Shown piece by piece: positions 35,171 through 45,926 of a stretch of 64,000 nt of DNA. Both the position numbers and the translations under genes were made by a program. The DNA lies in IMG/VR virus record IMGVR_UViG_3300023202_000068, positions 64,001 through 128,000 of that record. One strand, written 5' to 3'. How positions within the stretch are numbered: the first letter of the stretch is position 1; every line of letters begins with the position of its first letter. The notes below the pieces were generated by a model. It searched no databases, had not been told where the DNA came from, and saw nothing but the letters and a program-made list of their open reading frames with translations. The stretch is from a virus.

Positions 35171-35368
35171 CTACTCCCTTCCATCTATTATAACTTTTTG
35201 GATAATTTTCTTATTTTCACTGCGATTGTATTCTTTTTTGGATTTAAAGGCGGTTCCGACTGGCGGCACGGGTATACGCATCTTAGGTTTGTCTAATGAT
35301 TTTAGTTGCTTAGAGAATTTTTTCTTAGCCTTAGAAGCTTTTCTGCGTCGGCTTGACATTTTACCCAT
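35171..35368 (-). CDS. small very basic protein
   Basis: GGAGG RBS; Lys/Arg-rich; downstream of the minus-strand late motif. Confidence 0.65.
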   Translation of the reverse strand: MGKMSSRRRKASKAKKKFSKQLKSLDKPKMRIPVPPVGTAFKSKKEYNRSENKKIIQKVIIDGRE

Positions 35369-35381
35369 ATTTGCCTCCGAT

Positions 35382-35409
35382 TTAAAGATTGCAGTGACAC
35401 AATCTTTAT
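35382..35409. promoter_or_regulatory. divergent back-to-back late promoter motifs
   Basis: TTAAAGATTG-cagtgaca-CAATCTTTAT: minus-strand AATCTTTAA and plus-strand AATCTTTAT. Confidence 0.6.
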
Positions 35410-35462
35410 ATTATATACCAAGTCCCTCCCTTTTAAAATCCATAAATTTAGGTGTTTAACTA

Positions 35463-38312
35463 ATGGCTAGTCCTTTTATATCAGGTAATAATCCAAACTT
35501 CGTCGGAACAAATCGCAATGCCGATTTAGCCGCTACGGAAGAGGCACGGTTTGCTGAAGAGCAGGCACAGCGTGCGCGTGATGAGATTGCAGATAGAGAG
35601 TTAGAGCGAATTAAAAGGGAAGCTGCTCGGCGTAGAGAACTTAGAGAGCTTCTACAGCGCACAGAGCCCACTCCGACTCCAGAACCTGCATTTAGACCAC
35701 CCTGGAATGACGGTGACCAACCTAAGCAAATTCACTCTAATAAAAATGAAGTATTTTTTGCTCCTTTCTTTATAGACCCAGATCGTTGGAATAGGTTTTT
35801 TCCCTACAGGCTCTTGATTATAGATGTTACAGACAACAATAAAACTGTTGGTCCTGGCGGCATTGACTTTCAAGGTATTAACTCGTTTGAAGAAATTAAC
35901 AGCGAAGGTGGAATTGAATACGTAATTACTCAGCAAGCTAGAAATAAGTCTTGGGAGATGGTGTTACCCATTACTCCTCAGCAACTTCAGGTTACAGATC
36001 AATACTCCATCAACACCTCTGCTACAATGAGAGGAGTTATAGAGGAGCATAACGGTTTAAAGTTCAAGATGATCTCGGCTTCTGGTACTACAGGAATATG
36101 GCCTCTTAAGCCAACATTGGGTGACAAGGTTGAAAGACCTAGTGTTGCCGGTTCAGTTTTTGGAGGCACTATTGAGGCAGCCAATAACTTAGCTAACCAA
36201 GCTGGCTCTGTAAAATCTATAGCGACTGGTGAGCACCCTAGAAGACCTAGTAATGCTGAAAAACCAGGTGAGTCCAGTGTAGGTACAGAATTCAACACCG
36301 GATACTACCAGGCTCTTTACATGGGACAATTCCTTGAAAGATACGCTCAAGCTAAGAAAAACCCTGAATGGAAAAATTACAGATTAGCCTTCGACATGCC
36401 TAAGCAGAATCAGACTTTTGTTGTAACGCCTGTTTCTTTTTCCCTGAAGCAAGATCAACAAAGCCCAGGTGAGTACAAGTTCAACTTTCAATTCAAAGCA
36501 TGGAAGAGAGTTAAGCTAAACGAGACACCGTTTGTAGAGTCTACTCAGTTGCCAGACTTAGGCGACCCAAACATATATCAAAGAGCTGTAGGAACTATTG
36601 AGCAAACTAGGAGAACTCTTGGTTCAGCCCTCAACTTAGTTAGAGCAGTAAGAAGTGACGCACAGGCGGTATTTAATAACTTGAGAGAATTATCTTTGGT
36701 TGTTAAAGATGCTGCCGGACTTGTGTTCACAGCTATTGACTTGCCCAGGCAGATTGTTAATGACTTAAAGTCTACCATTGAAGACTCTATTGAAAATATT
36801 TCAAGCGCATTTACCCCACCTAGTGATCGGTTTAGAGACCAGCCAGGACTTCAAGGTTCAGTCAATAAAATTACTAATGTTGGAGGCCTATCTCCTCAAT
36901 CAAAAGCCGGTACAGTTGCCCAGTCAATCACTAACCAGAGAAGGGCAAATGAAGGTCTTTCAAGAGAAGCCGTACAAGCTGGAGCATTAGGGACAGACGC
37001 TGCACAAAGAACACAGGTAGATACACTTAATAATGTTTTTGAGAACCCAGAAGAAAACTTTGACTTCTTCAATACTATAAATGTTGACCAGCTTCAACTT
37101 ACGCCGGAGCAACAGATAGCTATTGAGGACGATCAGGAAAGAACTTCTTTAATTACAATTAATGACTTGAGAGAGACTAAGCAAGACTTACTTACCCTTT
37201 CTAATCAAATATCTAATAACTTTGGTGCCCTAGACAGCACTTACGCAAGTATCTTTGGACTACCAGAGCCTCAAGAGCGTTCCTTACCACTAACTGTTGA
37301 AGAAAATGAAGTTTTAGCTTCTATATTTGAAACCATACAGGTTATAGACATACTTACTTCTACAAAACAGTTCGATAGTTTAAACGAAGAGAGTTCTTTG
37401 GAATTTGTTGGAGGTATTGCTAACGAGGCTAACATTAACTTCAACACACCTCCTTCTAAACTATTAGCGCCTGTACCGTTTGGATCAAGTATCGAAGAGA
37501 TTTCAGCTAAATACTTAAGGGACGCAGATAGGTTTTTAGAAATTGCCACGTTAAACAACTTGAGATCACCTTACATTGATGAGGAAGGCTTCATCTACGA
37601 TTTACTTTCAAATGCAAGTGGTAGGCAGTTTAACGTAAACGATACGGAAGCACTTTTGTTTATCGGACAGAAAATTATTTTACAGTCTGACATAGTACCT
37701 CCGTTTTCTAGAAAAATTACAAACGTAGAGCAGATTGGCGACGGTAACTTTTTAGTAACTGTAGATGGACTTAATAACCTTGGAAATCTTACAACAGCAG
37801 ACGGAGCAAGAATGCAAACCTTTCTGCCTGGTACTGTAAATAGTCAAAATCAAATTTACATTCCAAGTGACGAACCATCTTCTGTAGAAGACGATCAGGT
37901 TTTTAACATACCTGGTGTTAGTGACAATCAACTTGCAAAACTTTCAAAGGTAGACTTCCTACTTACGGAAGAATTTGATATTGCAATTAACAGCGTAGGT
38001 GACTTTAGACTTGCCACGGGACTAACTAACTTAGTCCAGGCATTGAAAATGAAAATTAAAACACAGCGTGGAACACTTTTGAGACATTTAGATTACGGAT
38101 TGGGTCTTGAGTACGGTGTATCTGTAGCTGATATAAATAACGGACTTATTATTAATGAACTCAACAGACTTGTAACAGAGGACGAAAGATTTCAAGCGGT
38201 GACTCAGGTGTCACTAAGGTTGTCCGGTTCTACACTCGGTATTGACATGGTAGTTCAACTTGCCAATAATAACGGTGTTTTACCAGTAAACTTTGACTTG
38301 AAAGTTTCCTAA
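35463..38312 (+). CDS. multidomain baseplate protein (tube-initiator-like N-terminus, LysM-like segment, gp25-like C-terminus)
   Basis: LPITPQQL..T; SIEEISAKYL...EIATLNNL; NLVQALKMKIKTQRGTLLRHLDYG. Confidence 0.7.
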   Translation: MASPFISGNNPNFVGTNRNADLAATEEARFAEEQAQRARDEIADRELERIKREAARRRELRELLQRTEPTPTPEPAFRPPWNDGDQPKQIHSNKNEVFFAPFFIDPDRWNRFFPYRLLIIDVTDNNKTVGPGGIDFQGINSFEEINSEGGIEYVITQQARNKSWEMVLPITPQQLQVTDQYSINTSATMRGVIEEHNGLKFKMISASGTTGIWPLKPTLGDKVERPSVAGSVFGGTIEAANNLANQAGSVKSIATGEHPRRPSNAEKPGESSVGTEFNTGYYQALYMGQFLERYAQAKKNPEWKNYRLAFDMPKQNQTFVVTPVSFSLKQDQQSPGEYKFNFQFKAWKRVKLNETPFVESTQLPDLGDPNIYQRAVGTIEQTRRTLGSALNLVRAVRSDAQAVFNNLRELSLVVKDAAGLVFTAIDLPRQIVNDLKSTIEDSIENISSAFTPPSDRFRDQPGLQGSVNKITNVGGLSPQSKAGTVAQSITNQRRANEGLSREAVQAGALGTDAAQRTQVDTLNNVFENPEENFDFFNTINVDQLQLTPEQQIAIEDDQERTSLITINDLRETKQDLLTLSNQISNNFGALDSTYASIFGLPEPQERSLPLTVEENEVLASIFETIQVIDILTSTKQFDSLNEESSLEFVGGIANEANINFNTPPSKLLAPVPFGSSIEEISAKYLRDADRFLEIATLNNLRSPYIDEEGFIYDLLSNASGRQFNVNDTEALLFIGQKIILQSDIVPPFSRKITNVEQIGDGNFLVTVDGLNNLGNLTTADGARMQTFLPGTVNSQNQIYIPSDEPSSVEDDQVFNIPGVSDNQLAKLSKVDFLLTEEFDIAINSVGDFRLATGLTNLVQALKMKIKTQRGTLLRHLDYGLGLEYGVSVADINNGLIINELNRLVTEDERFQAVTQVSLRLSGSTLGIDMVVQLANNNGVLPVNFDLKVS

Positions 38313-38313
38313 C

Positions 38314-38323
38314 TGTGGTATAT
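38314..38323 (+). promoter_or_regulatory. TGTGGTATAT extended -10-like element
   Basis: identical 10-mer at 51709-51718, also in a short intergenic gap. Confidence 0.45.
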
Positions 38324-38347
38324 GTAGGGTAATAGGTAGGAGAAAAA

Positions 38348-41300
38348 ATGGCCAAATTACCAGTTCCAAAATCATACGAGCAAATATTAGGTGATATGCT
38401 TGCGACATACATCTCCAAAATTGGAGTGAATGATCTCAATGTAGGCTCATCTGTAACTTCTTTCTTTGAAGCTATGGCACAAGCAGTCTACAGATCTTCT
38501 GGAGACACCTTCTCTATTCTCAGAGGTTTCTCTGTGGATCGCGCTGAGGGTGAGTCTCTTAAGAGACTTGCCGAGGAAGAGCGTGTATTCCCGATACCTG
38601 CGCGTGTTGCGACTGGTCGTATAACTGTTACAGACTCAAGCTTTACAAAAATTTCTACAAAAATCTATGCAGGAACAACTCCACCAAATATCGGCTCAAC
38701 CACCATCAATGTATCTGATGCTTCTGAGTTTCCAGCGACTGGCTCTGTATTTTTAGGTAGAGGTACGCCTAATATTGAAGGACCTATTGCGTATTCAAGC
38801 GTTGATGACTTAGGTGGATTTTTTAGACTTAACCTTTCTTCTCCTACAACTAAATATCACAATAACTCTGAAACTGTAATTCTTTCACAAGGTGGGGTTA
38901 GAAACATACCTGTAGGTACTGCAGTGCAAACGGTAGGGGGCGGTTCGTCTCCACAGATAGTTTTTAGCACAACACAAGTTGCAACTATTCTTGACGGTGA
39001 AACACAGATCACAAACGTACCAGTAGCAGCACAGGAGCCTGGTATTGATGGGAACGTACCTAGAAATGCAATTACACAATTTGTAACAACACCGTTTACT
39101 GGTGCAACAGTTACAAACCCTAATCCATTTACTACAGGTCGAAACGAAGAGTCTGATGAAGAAATTAGAATTCGTATTAAAAAACAAAGAATATCTAGGG
39201 GACTTGGGACAGCCATTGCTATTGAGTCTGCTGTACAAGGAATTCAGGCAACTGATGAGAACGCAGTTGTTACATCAAACCAAATTCTTTCTACTGGCGA
39301 CAAAACTACGTTATTTATCGATAACGGACAGGGGTATGAAGAAGCCACAGCAGGTATTGGCTTAGAATTTATTGTAGACTCTGCTCTTGGCGGTGAACAG
39401 TTCTTCCAGTTAGCAACAGGTGGTAATCAAACCTCTGTAGCTAAGGCTTTTTTAGAAGGCACGAACACATCTCCATTTAACATAAATCCGAACAACAGAC
39501 TTGCTGTGCTAGTAGGTGGTATTCTAAGTGAACATGTTTTTGCAGAAGGTGACTTTGCCTCTAATGGCGCTGCGAATGCGTTTGAGGTTGTTGCGTCTAT
39601 CAATGCAAACTCTGATTTATCTTTTTCAGCCAGAACCATTGATAATGGAACTCGAATCACTCTTTCAGCAAAAGAAGAAACTGATGAGTTTATACAAAAG
39701 ACCATACCGACCATCGGTACAGATGCTGGTATTGCAATTGGTATTGCAGACAATGAAGTTGAAACTTTAAAGTTGTTTAAAAACAAGGTAGCTCTAAGCA
39801 GAAACGGTCGAAGTGCCGTGCTTGAGTCAGAAAACCAAAGTGACTGGTCTAACACAATCACAGACGGCGACACCTTAATTGTAGGTGTAGATAGTACACA
39901 AAGTATTACATATACTTTTTCTAACGCAGACTTTGTAGCAGAGGGCACTCACTCTACTGTATCTAAAAACAATACACTTCAATCTTGGGTTAACGTAATT
40001 AACTCTAAAGTTACAGGTATTACCGCTTCAATTAACGGTAACAGAATTGTCTTGAGGTCAAACCTGGGAACTAACTCTAGAGCAGCACTAAATATCGACC
40101 CAAGTTCTACTTTAGTGTCTAAGGGTGTATTTACAGTTGGTCAGGGACTATCTGCTTCTGGTAGAGAGGCTGACTTTACACTGTCTAGAAACACAGGGCA
40201 AATTAAGCTCACTGCACCTCTAGAGCCTGGTGACAGCTTAACTGCTGGTAGCGATGCAACTCAGGCATCTATTGAAAGCTCTCAAATCTTAGGTGGTAAC
40301 GTAGTATTACCTTCAGATGCAGATCTTTGGTATATGGTTGACAACTCTGCTGCTGCAATAATTCCAAATGGTGTATTGAGCGATAGCTTGATAACTATTA
40401 CCAAACAGCCAGCAAACGTATTGCGAGTTAGATCAAACCTTGAAAGTGCATTTGTTAACATACAGCCTGGGGACTATGTAGTTCTGTGGAGTGACGAGGT
40501 ACTACCTGTCAATAGAGTAGAAGGAAGGGTTCACGCTGTAGGGACAGAACTTGTTGCTAACGATTACTTCGAAATTAAACTAACTGTTCCTGAGTACAAC
40601 GCTACTGCTGCTGAAGGACCTGTTACCTTCCTTGAGGGACTTGCTTTTCTGAGAACTGAAGTTCCACCACAAAAAATAACAATATCTGCCGGTTCATATC
40701 AAATTAGTGAAGTTGCTGGGGAGATTAGAGATCAACTTATTGGTGTAGACACTGCTACAGAAAACGATGAAATTATAATTGTTTCAACAAAAACCAAAAG
40801 CATCTCAGGTCACCTTTTATTATTCACTTTTAACGATGCCGCTAAGAACTTAAACTTTACAGAGGGTGATTCTGCAGCTTCACAAACTTCATTGGTTGGT
40901 TTCAAATCTGGTCAAATAAAAGGTACGGACTTTCCACTATTTTTTCACTCAAACTTTACATCAGACCAGTTTGCCAGTCCTCCTGGTTCTTTTATAGCAC
41001 AGTATGATTCTGCGCTTGACCTAGATACGGCTGGTATTGACCCAGACGCTTTTGTTGCAATACAACATCCATACCTAAGTAATGGTTCTGAGATACTCGA
41101 TGCACAAGCTGCTGATGAGAGAGTTTTAATTGACAATATTTCTGGCAGCGCCATTGATGTTGACGACTCTAAGACTATAAGAAGAATTAGAATTGCAGAC
41201 AGGTATTACCTACTAAAGACTTTGGATCTTTCACACAATGACACAATTACTGTGATATTAGACAATGATGCTGCGAACAAAACCTTTCCAGTGCCGTTAT

Positions 41301-44300
41301 TCAGAAGAGCCACTACAAATACAACTATGCCTATCAACGCAGATCAGTTTAGAGCTTACGATGCTGATGCTGGAGCCAGTGCCTCTTTCACACAATTTTT
41401 TGGTACAGACTATCCTTTTAAAAACTACAAAGTCTCAATGCAGGCAAAGAATGCAATTGACCCAAGTGGTTCTGTAGACGAAGACGCTGTTTTATTTAGA
41501 TCAGTAGTGTGGGGAAAAGCTGGTGAAAAATACAGAGTTGGTTATTTCTACCCAACAGGTCCTGATCAGGGAATTGCCAGTTCAGTTTCAGTTGGTGGAA
41601 CTATTGATACAAGAATTAGCTTAAAGTCTGGTCCAGCAGTCACCAATAACATCGACGGGACTACAGAGTGGGATGTAACAATTACCCCTAACACTCCTGT
41701 TGCAGGTGTGGACGAAGTTACATACTCTTGGACCTCTACAGGTTCTAATCCTACAATGAGTACTTTGGCTCCTGGTGACTATGTATCTATTAATAATAGC
41801 GGTGAATTTGCAGCAGCAAACCAGGGTACTTTTAGAATATCCTCTGCCAACTCTACATCCTTTACGGTACGTAGACCGAACGGAATTGCTTCTGCACAAA
41901 CTGACGTGGCAACTCTTACAAATACAACAATATCTTTGTACGAAGACAGTGACACTACTGCGCAAGAAATTGTAGATCACGTAACTAGCGATCTTGGAGA
42001 GTTTTTAACAGCTTCTGTTCTAGAAGATAACGGAGTGACTGGTGCTGGTGTAATTAATAAAAGTACTTTTGAGGATAATGATTTTGCTGCCGACTCTAGC
42101 TATGTACAATTAGTAGACGGTTTAAACTGGATTGAAACAAGTGACTTAGACGCTGTAGCTCCTAACTTTCAGTTTGAGTTAAAACAAACTCTAGAGCTTT
42201 CAAGCTTTAGCACTAACACTCCAGATGCATACGCTTTTAACGACGGTGAAGATTTGCGAATTATACCTACCTCTGTACCACAAGTTTCAGACTTTATATC
42301 TGTACTAGCGGTAAGTGGAATAACAACCTTAGGTGAGGTTGAAACTACAAATAGAGAGCAGCAACTCCAACTTGCCACACAAGTATTAGGTTCTTCTGGA
42401 GCCATCCTTATATCTGGTGGTAATGGGAACCAGGCGCAGGCTTCTGTACTAGGTGTTACCCAGAGAGTTAATGGGACTGATTTTGCCAAAACTACTATAG
42501 CTAAGTCTGCTTCGGCTGGTTTTTCAGGTGACAGTTTTGTAAAATTAGAGGCTACGAATAGACAGAGGAAGCTTACAGGAATTAGTTTTACAACAAATGC
42601 CACGATTATCCCTAATCAACCAATAGCCTCTACATCTATAGTAGAACTTGGAAACCGCGATATAACTGACAGGTACTTTGGTGAACCTAGAAACTTCATA
42701 AGACTTCGAGATAGAGCTTTCCAGGTTGAAAAACAGGGTACACTAGTGTGTATCACTTGGGATGAGGTTACTGGTACAGACCCGACCTTCATTAAAACCG
42801 TAGAGACTAACGACTCAGGTGGTGGTGACATTACTGCAGTTTACAATGGAGACTTCAACGCTACAGAATACACAGTATCTACAGGTGATAGACGCTTTAA
42901 CGAAGTGGGCATTGGTGACACGGTTACTATAGCTACTTTTACTAACGCTGGTAATAACGGTACTTTTAAAGTATTAGGTGTTTCTGACGATGGATTGACG
43001 GTTTCTGTAAATAATACAGCAGGTGTTGCAGAGACGGCAGCAATCGGTGCTGGAGATATGTCTTTTTCTGCAGAAATTAAAGAAGGAGATAATGTTGAGA
43101 TTGGCGCTCCTTTTACAAACCTTAACCAGGGTACTTTTAGAGTAGTTCGAAGATTTAACAACAGCATCTATATAGAAAACGACTCTGCCGTTGAAGAAAG
43201 AGTTTTAATCACAGATAACTTGAGAAGCCTTGGTGGTGACGCAACAACTGAGTATGATGTGACTGTACCAGGCAACATGAGAATTGAATGGAACACAAAC
43301 GGAACTGCTCCTACCTTGGCTAACGCTAAGATGGGAGATATCGTTACAGTCGGGACGGCTTTTGCTGCAGCAAACCAAGGTACTTATATGGTAGCAAGCG
43401 CAGGCGATAACTTTATTGAAATTCAAAATTCTGCCGCTGTAGCTGAGACTGGGATTACAGTCACAGGAGTTGGCGGTGATGTGCTTGAGTCACAAATACC
43501 GGCAATGAAGTTCAGTGAGTATGAAGCAACTGCACCAGGAGATATATTTACAATTTCTGGCAATGTGCTTGGGGCTAACAACCAAGGTACTTACAATGTT
43601 ACTGAAGTTCTATCTAAGAATTCAATTGTAGTAGACGACATACTAACCTCTCAAACTAACGTACAGTTAAATGACTTGTTTGTACAGGTATTTATTCAAG
43701 AAGGAACTTCATACACTGGTGTTAAGCGCATCAGGACTTTTGCTTGTAACCCATCTAACAGTTTACAAACTTGCCTGATTTTTGATACAAACGATCAGTT
43801 TGAAAAAATCAATGAGACTGCAGGAATTACCATTTCCATGGCAAGTAAGTTGGAGTTCCCAGAGACTACGGTAACTGGTTTCGATTCATACAAGTACCAC
43901 ACAGGACTACTAGCTGAGGCTAATAGAACTGTATATGGTGATCCAAGGGATACAACTACATACCCAGGAGTCGCTGCTGCAGGTGCTGAGATCTTTATCG
44001 AACCACCATTAGTCAAGAGAATTCAGGTTTCTATAAACATTAGAGTTAACACAGGTGTTCCTTTCGCTAGAGTGACTGAAGAAGTTAGAAACGCAATTGC
44101 AGCTTTGATTAACTCAGCTCCTCTTGGAGAGTCTATTGCGATTTCAGACATCATTGCTAGTGTAAACTCAATACCAGGTGTGAAAGCTGTATCGATTAGC
44201 TCACCTGCTTATGATCAGAATAACGACGTTATTGTGGTGAACCCAGCAGAGAAGCCATCGGTACTAGACATTGTTAACGATATTACTGTAAGTAAGGTTG

Positions 44301-44305
44301 AATAA
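38348..44305 (+). CDS. giant baseplate wedge protein (baseplate J/gp6-like) with a large repeat insertion
   Basis: N-terminal J motifs (DLNVGS, ATGRIT, GNVP, GRNEESDEEIR) and J-like C-terminus (GESIAISDIIASVNSIPGV). Confidence 0.85.
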   Translation: MAKLPVPKSYEQILGDMLATYISKIGVNDLNVGSSVTSFFEAMAQAVYRSSGDTFSILRGFSVDRAEGESLKRLAEEERVFPIPARVATGRITVTDSSFTKISTKIYAGTTPPNIGSTTINVSDASEFPATGSVFLGRGTPNIEGPIAYSSVDDLGGFFRLNLSSPTTKYHNNSETVILSQGGVRNIPVGTAVQTVGGGSSPQIVFSTTQVATILDGETQITNVPVAAQEPGIDGNVPRNAITQFVTTPFTGATVTNPNPFTTGRNEESDEEIRIRIKKQRISRGLGTAIAIESAVQGIQATDENAVVTSNQILSTGDKTTLFIDNGQGYEEATAGIGLEFIVDSALGGEQFFQLATGGNQTSVAKAFLEGTNTSPFNINPNNRLAVLVGGILSEHVFAEGDFASNGAANAFEVVASINANSDLSFSARTIDNGTRITLSAKEETDEFIQKTIPTIGTDAGIAIGIADNEVETLKLFKNKVALSRNGRSAVLESENQSDWSNTITDGDTLIVGVDSTQSITYTFSNADFVAEGTHSTVSKNNTLQSWVNVINSKVTGITASINGNRIVLRSNLGTNSRAALNIDPSSTLVSKGVFTVGQGLSASGREADFTLSRNTGQIKLTAPLEPGDSLTAGSDATQASIESSQILGGNVVLPSDADLWYMVDNSAAAIIPNGVLSDSLITITKQPANVLRVRSNLESAFVNIQPGDYVVLWSDEVLPVNRVEGRVHAVGTELVANDYFEIKLTVPEYNATAAEGPVTFLEGLAFLRTEVPPQKITISAGSYQISEVAGEIRDQLIGVDTATENDEIIIVSTKTKSISGHLLLFTFNDAAKNLNFTEGDSAASQTSLVGFKSGQIKGTDFPLFFHSNFTSDQFASPPGSFIAQYDSALDLDTAGIDPDAFVAIQHPYLSNGSEILDAQAADERVLIDNISGSAIDVDDSKTIRRIRIADRYYLLKTLDLSHNDTITVILDNDAANKTFPVPLFRRATTNTTMPINADQFRAYDADAGASASFTQFFGTDYPFKNYKVSMQAKNAIDPSGSVDEDAVLFRSVVWGKAGEKYRVGYFYPTGPDQGIASSVSVGGTIDTRISLKSGPAVTNNIDGTTEWDVTITPNTPVAGVDEVTYSWTSTGSNPTMSTLAPGDYVSINNSGEFAAANQGTFRISSANSTSFTVRRPNGIASAQTDVATLTNTTISLYEDSDTTAQEIVDHVTSDLGEFLTASVLEDNGVTGAGVINKSTFEDNDFAADSSYVQLVDGLNWIETSDLDAVAPNFQFELKQTLELSSFSTNTPDAYAFNDGEDLRIIPTSVPQVSDFISVLAVSGITTLGEVETTNREQQLQLATQVLGSSGAILISGGNGNQAQASVLGVTQRVNGTDFAKTTIAKSASAGFSGDSFVKLEATNRQRKLTGISFTTNATIIPNQPIASTSIVELGNRDITDRYFGEPRNFIRLRDRAFQVEKQGTLVCITWDEVTGTDPTFIKTVETNDSGGGDITAVYNGDFNATEYTVSTGDRRFNEVGIGDTVTIATFTNAGNNGTFKVLGVSDDGLTVSVNNTAGVAETAAIGAGDMSFSAEIKEGDNVEIGAPFTNLNQGTFRVVRRFNNSIYIENDSAVEERVLITDNLRSLGGDATTEYDVTVPGNMRIEWNTNGTAPTLANAKMGDIVTVGTAFAAANQGTYMVASAGDNFIEIQNSAAVAETGITVTGVGGDVLESQIPAMKFSEYEATAPGDIFTISGNVLGANNQGTYNVTEVLSKNSIVVDDILTSQTNVQLNDLFVQVFIQEGTSYTGVKRIRTFACNPSNSLQTCLIFDTNDQFEKINETAGITISMASKLEFPETTVTGFDSYKYHTGLLAEANRTVYGDPRDTTTYPGVAAAGAEIFIEPPLVKRIQVSINIRVNTGVPFARVTEEVRNAIAALINSAPLGESIAISDIIASVNSIPGVKAVSISSPAYDQNNDVIVVNPAEKPSVLDIVNDITVSKVE

Positions 44306-45918
44306 TGGCTGACGATTTAGAACTTGCAAAAATTAGATTAAGAGCTTACTTGAACGCTAGTATTAGAGGACCTAATACAGATGCGGTTATTGAGGCTTTG
44401 TCTACAGGTGCCTGTCACTTGATAGATAATGCAGAGGCTGTTAATGATTCACTATACATTGTAACTGCACAACAGAGATATCTTGATCAAAGATTAGCAG
44501 ATAGGGATCTAACTAGACCGGACAATGTAGGGCTATCTGACGAAGTGTTTCGTGAGATCGGTATTGAAGTTTCTAACAGAAAACAAGTAAGAGACTTAAT
44601 ACTTAATCTACTTAGAATTGTGTACGGAGAAGAGTTTACAAGAGCTACTCTAAACTCAACTGAGTTTGAAACTTTTGCACTACAAGACGGTGACAACTTA
44701 ATTCTTCAGTTTGATGACCAAGACCCTGTTGAGATATTCTTTGCTACTGAGCAGTTTACCAATATCAATGCAGCTACAGCACAAGAGGTAGCTGACTCAA
44801 TTACAAGAGAGATTCGTAGGCTTGGAAGAACAGGCTCTGCAATCTCAAGAGATGACGGTGCTGGCGGCTTTGTACAATTAATTTCTGAAACAGACGGTCC
44901 CTCTTCTACTATTAGAGTTCTAGGTGGAAGAGCGCAAAATGAACTTAAGTTTGAAAGCATTAGACCTACGTCTGGTGTTGCAGCAACTCAGTGGACTATA
45001 GAACCTGTAGCTGGTGGAGCTGTAAGGGCACGCTGGACTGGTGGTCCAAACCCATCCATAGGTAAGGTTAAAGTTAACGATTATGTTAACATTTTCGGCT
45101 CAGCTTTTGACCCAGCCAACCAAGGTACATACACGATTACTGGTGTGCAGAGTGGATTGATTAATGATGCCTTTGTAGAGTTTGAAAACCCTAACGCTGT
45201 AGCAGAGACTCAGCTTCAAGGTACTTCTGATGGTGTGTTGTTCTTCAACCCTGTAAGATCTACCATTAACAGTAAGACAAACTTTGCAACACTCTATCAA
45301 GTGTCTGCGAGTGTTTTAGAAATATTCGTACCTGCAACTACTAGGGTTGTTCGGAGACAAAGACAAGGTGCGGCACACATACAAGACGGCGTAGCATCTA
45401 CAGAGGGCAATGAAGGTCCATATGTATACGATACTACTAAGGGCTTTACGATTGCAGAGCCTGAGGCAAATACCATTAACACTGTAGACTCAGGTAGCTC
45501 TAACATTATCCAAGTTGACGATGCCTCTGACGTACCTGATGAGACTGGTTTTTTAATATTTGGCTTCGGTACTTCAAGAGAAGAAGGTCCTGTACCTTAT
45601 ATTTCTAGACCATCCTCCAATACTTTAATTATCGACCCATCTTATACTTTTAAAAACGTGCATCCAGCAGGAACTAATATTTCACTGGTAGCTCAGAACT
45701 TTGCTGTGCAGATATCCAAGGATGGTCAAGACTACCCGTTTTACCTGACAGATGTGGTGTCTGGTCGAGTATATATGGAAGAGTTAATAGAACTTGTGGC
45801 TGCTACTGGTATTAATGTAGTTGTTACAATCCTGTATCCAAACGATGAAGGTTTAGGTAAATGGGGTGATGCAAATAATTCAGAGAAATTTTATGTCTGG
45901 GGTCCAGATCCATCTTAG
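44305..45918 (+). CDS. baseplate wedge subunit (gpI/gp7-like)
   Basis: follows J; TAQQRYLD...GLSDEVFR; C-terminal LIELVAATGINV. Confidence 0.7.
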   Translation: MADDLELAKIRLRAYLNASIRGPNTDAVIEALSTGACHLIDNAEAVNDSLYIVTAQQRYLDQRLADRDLTRPDNVGLSDEVFREIGIEVSNRKQVRDLILNLLRIVYGEEFTRATLNSTEFETFALQDGDNLILQFDDQDPVEIFFATEQFTNINAATAQEVADSITREIRRLGRTGSAISRDDGAGGFVQLISETDGPSSTIRVLGGRAQNELKFESIRPTSGVAATQWTIEPVAGGAVRARWTGGPNPSIGKVKVNDYVNIFGSAFDPANQGTYTITGVQSGLINDAFVEFENPNAVAETQLQGTSDGVLFFNPVRSTINSKTNFATLYQVSASVLEIFVPATTRVVRRQRQGAAHIQDGVASTEGNEGPYVYDTTKGFTIAEPEANTINTVDSGSSNIIQVDDASDVPDETGFLIFGFGTSREEGPVPYISRPSSNTLIIDPSYTFKNVHPAGTNISLVAQNFAVQISKDGQDYPFYLTDVVSGRVYMEELIELVAATGINVVVTILYPNDEGLGKWGDANNSEKFYVWGPDPS

Positions 45919-45926
45919 GAGAGTAA

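Noticed and set aside
35163-35459. Plus-strand 98-aa hydrophobic ORF
   Set aside because: It is antisense to the RBS-supported basic protein gene and runs across the divergent promoter region.
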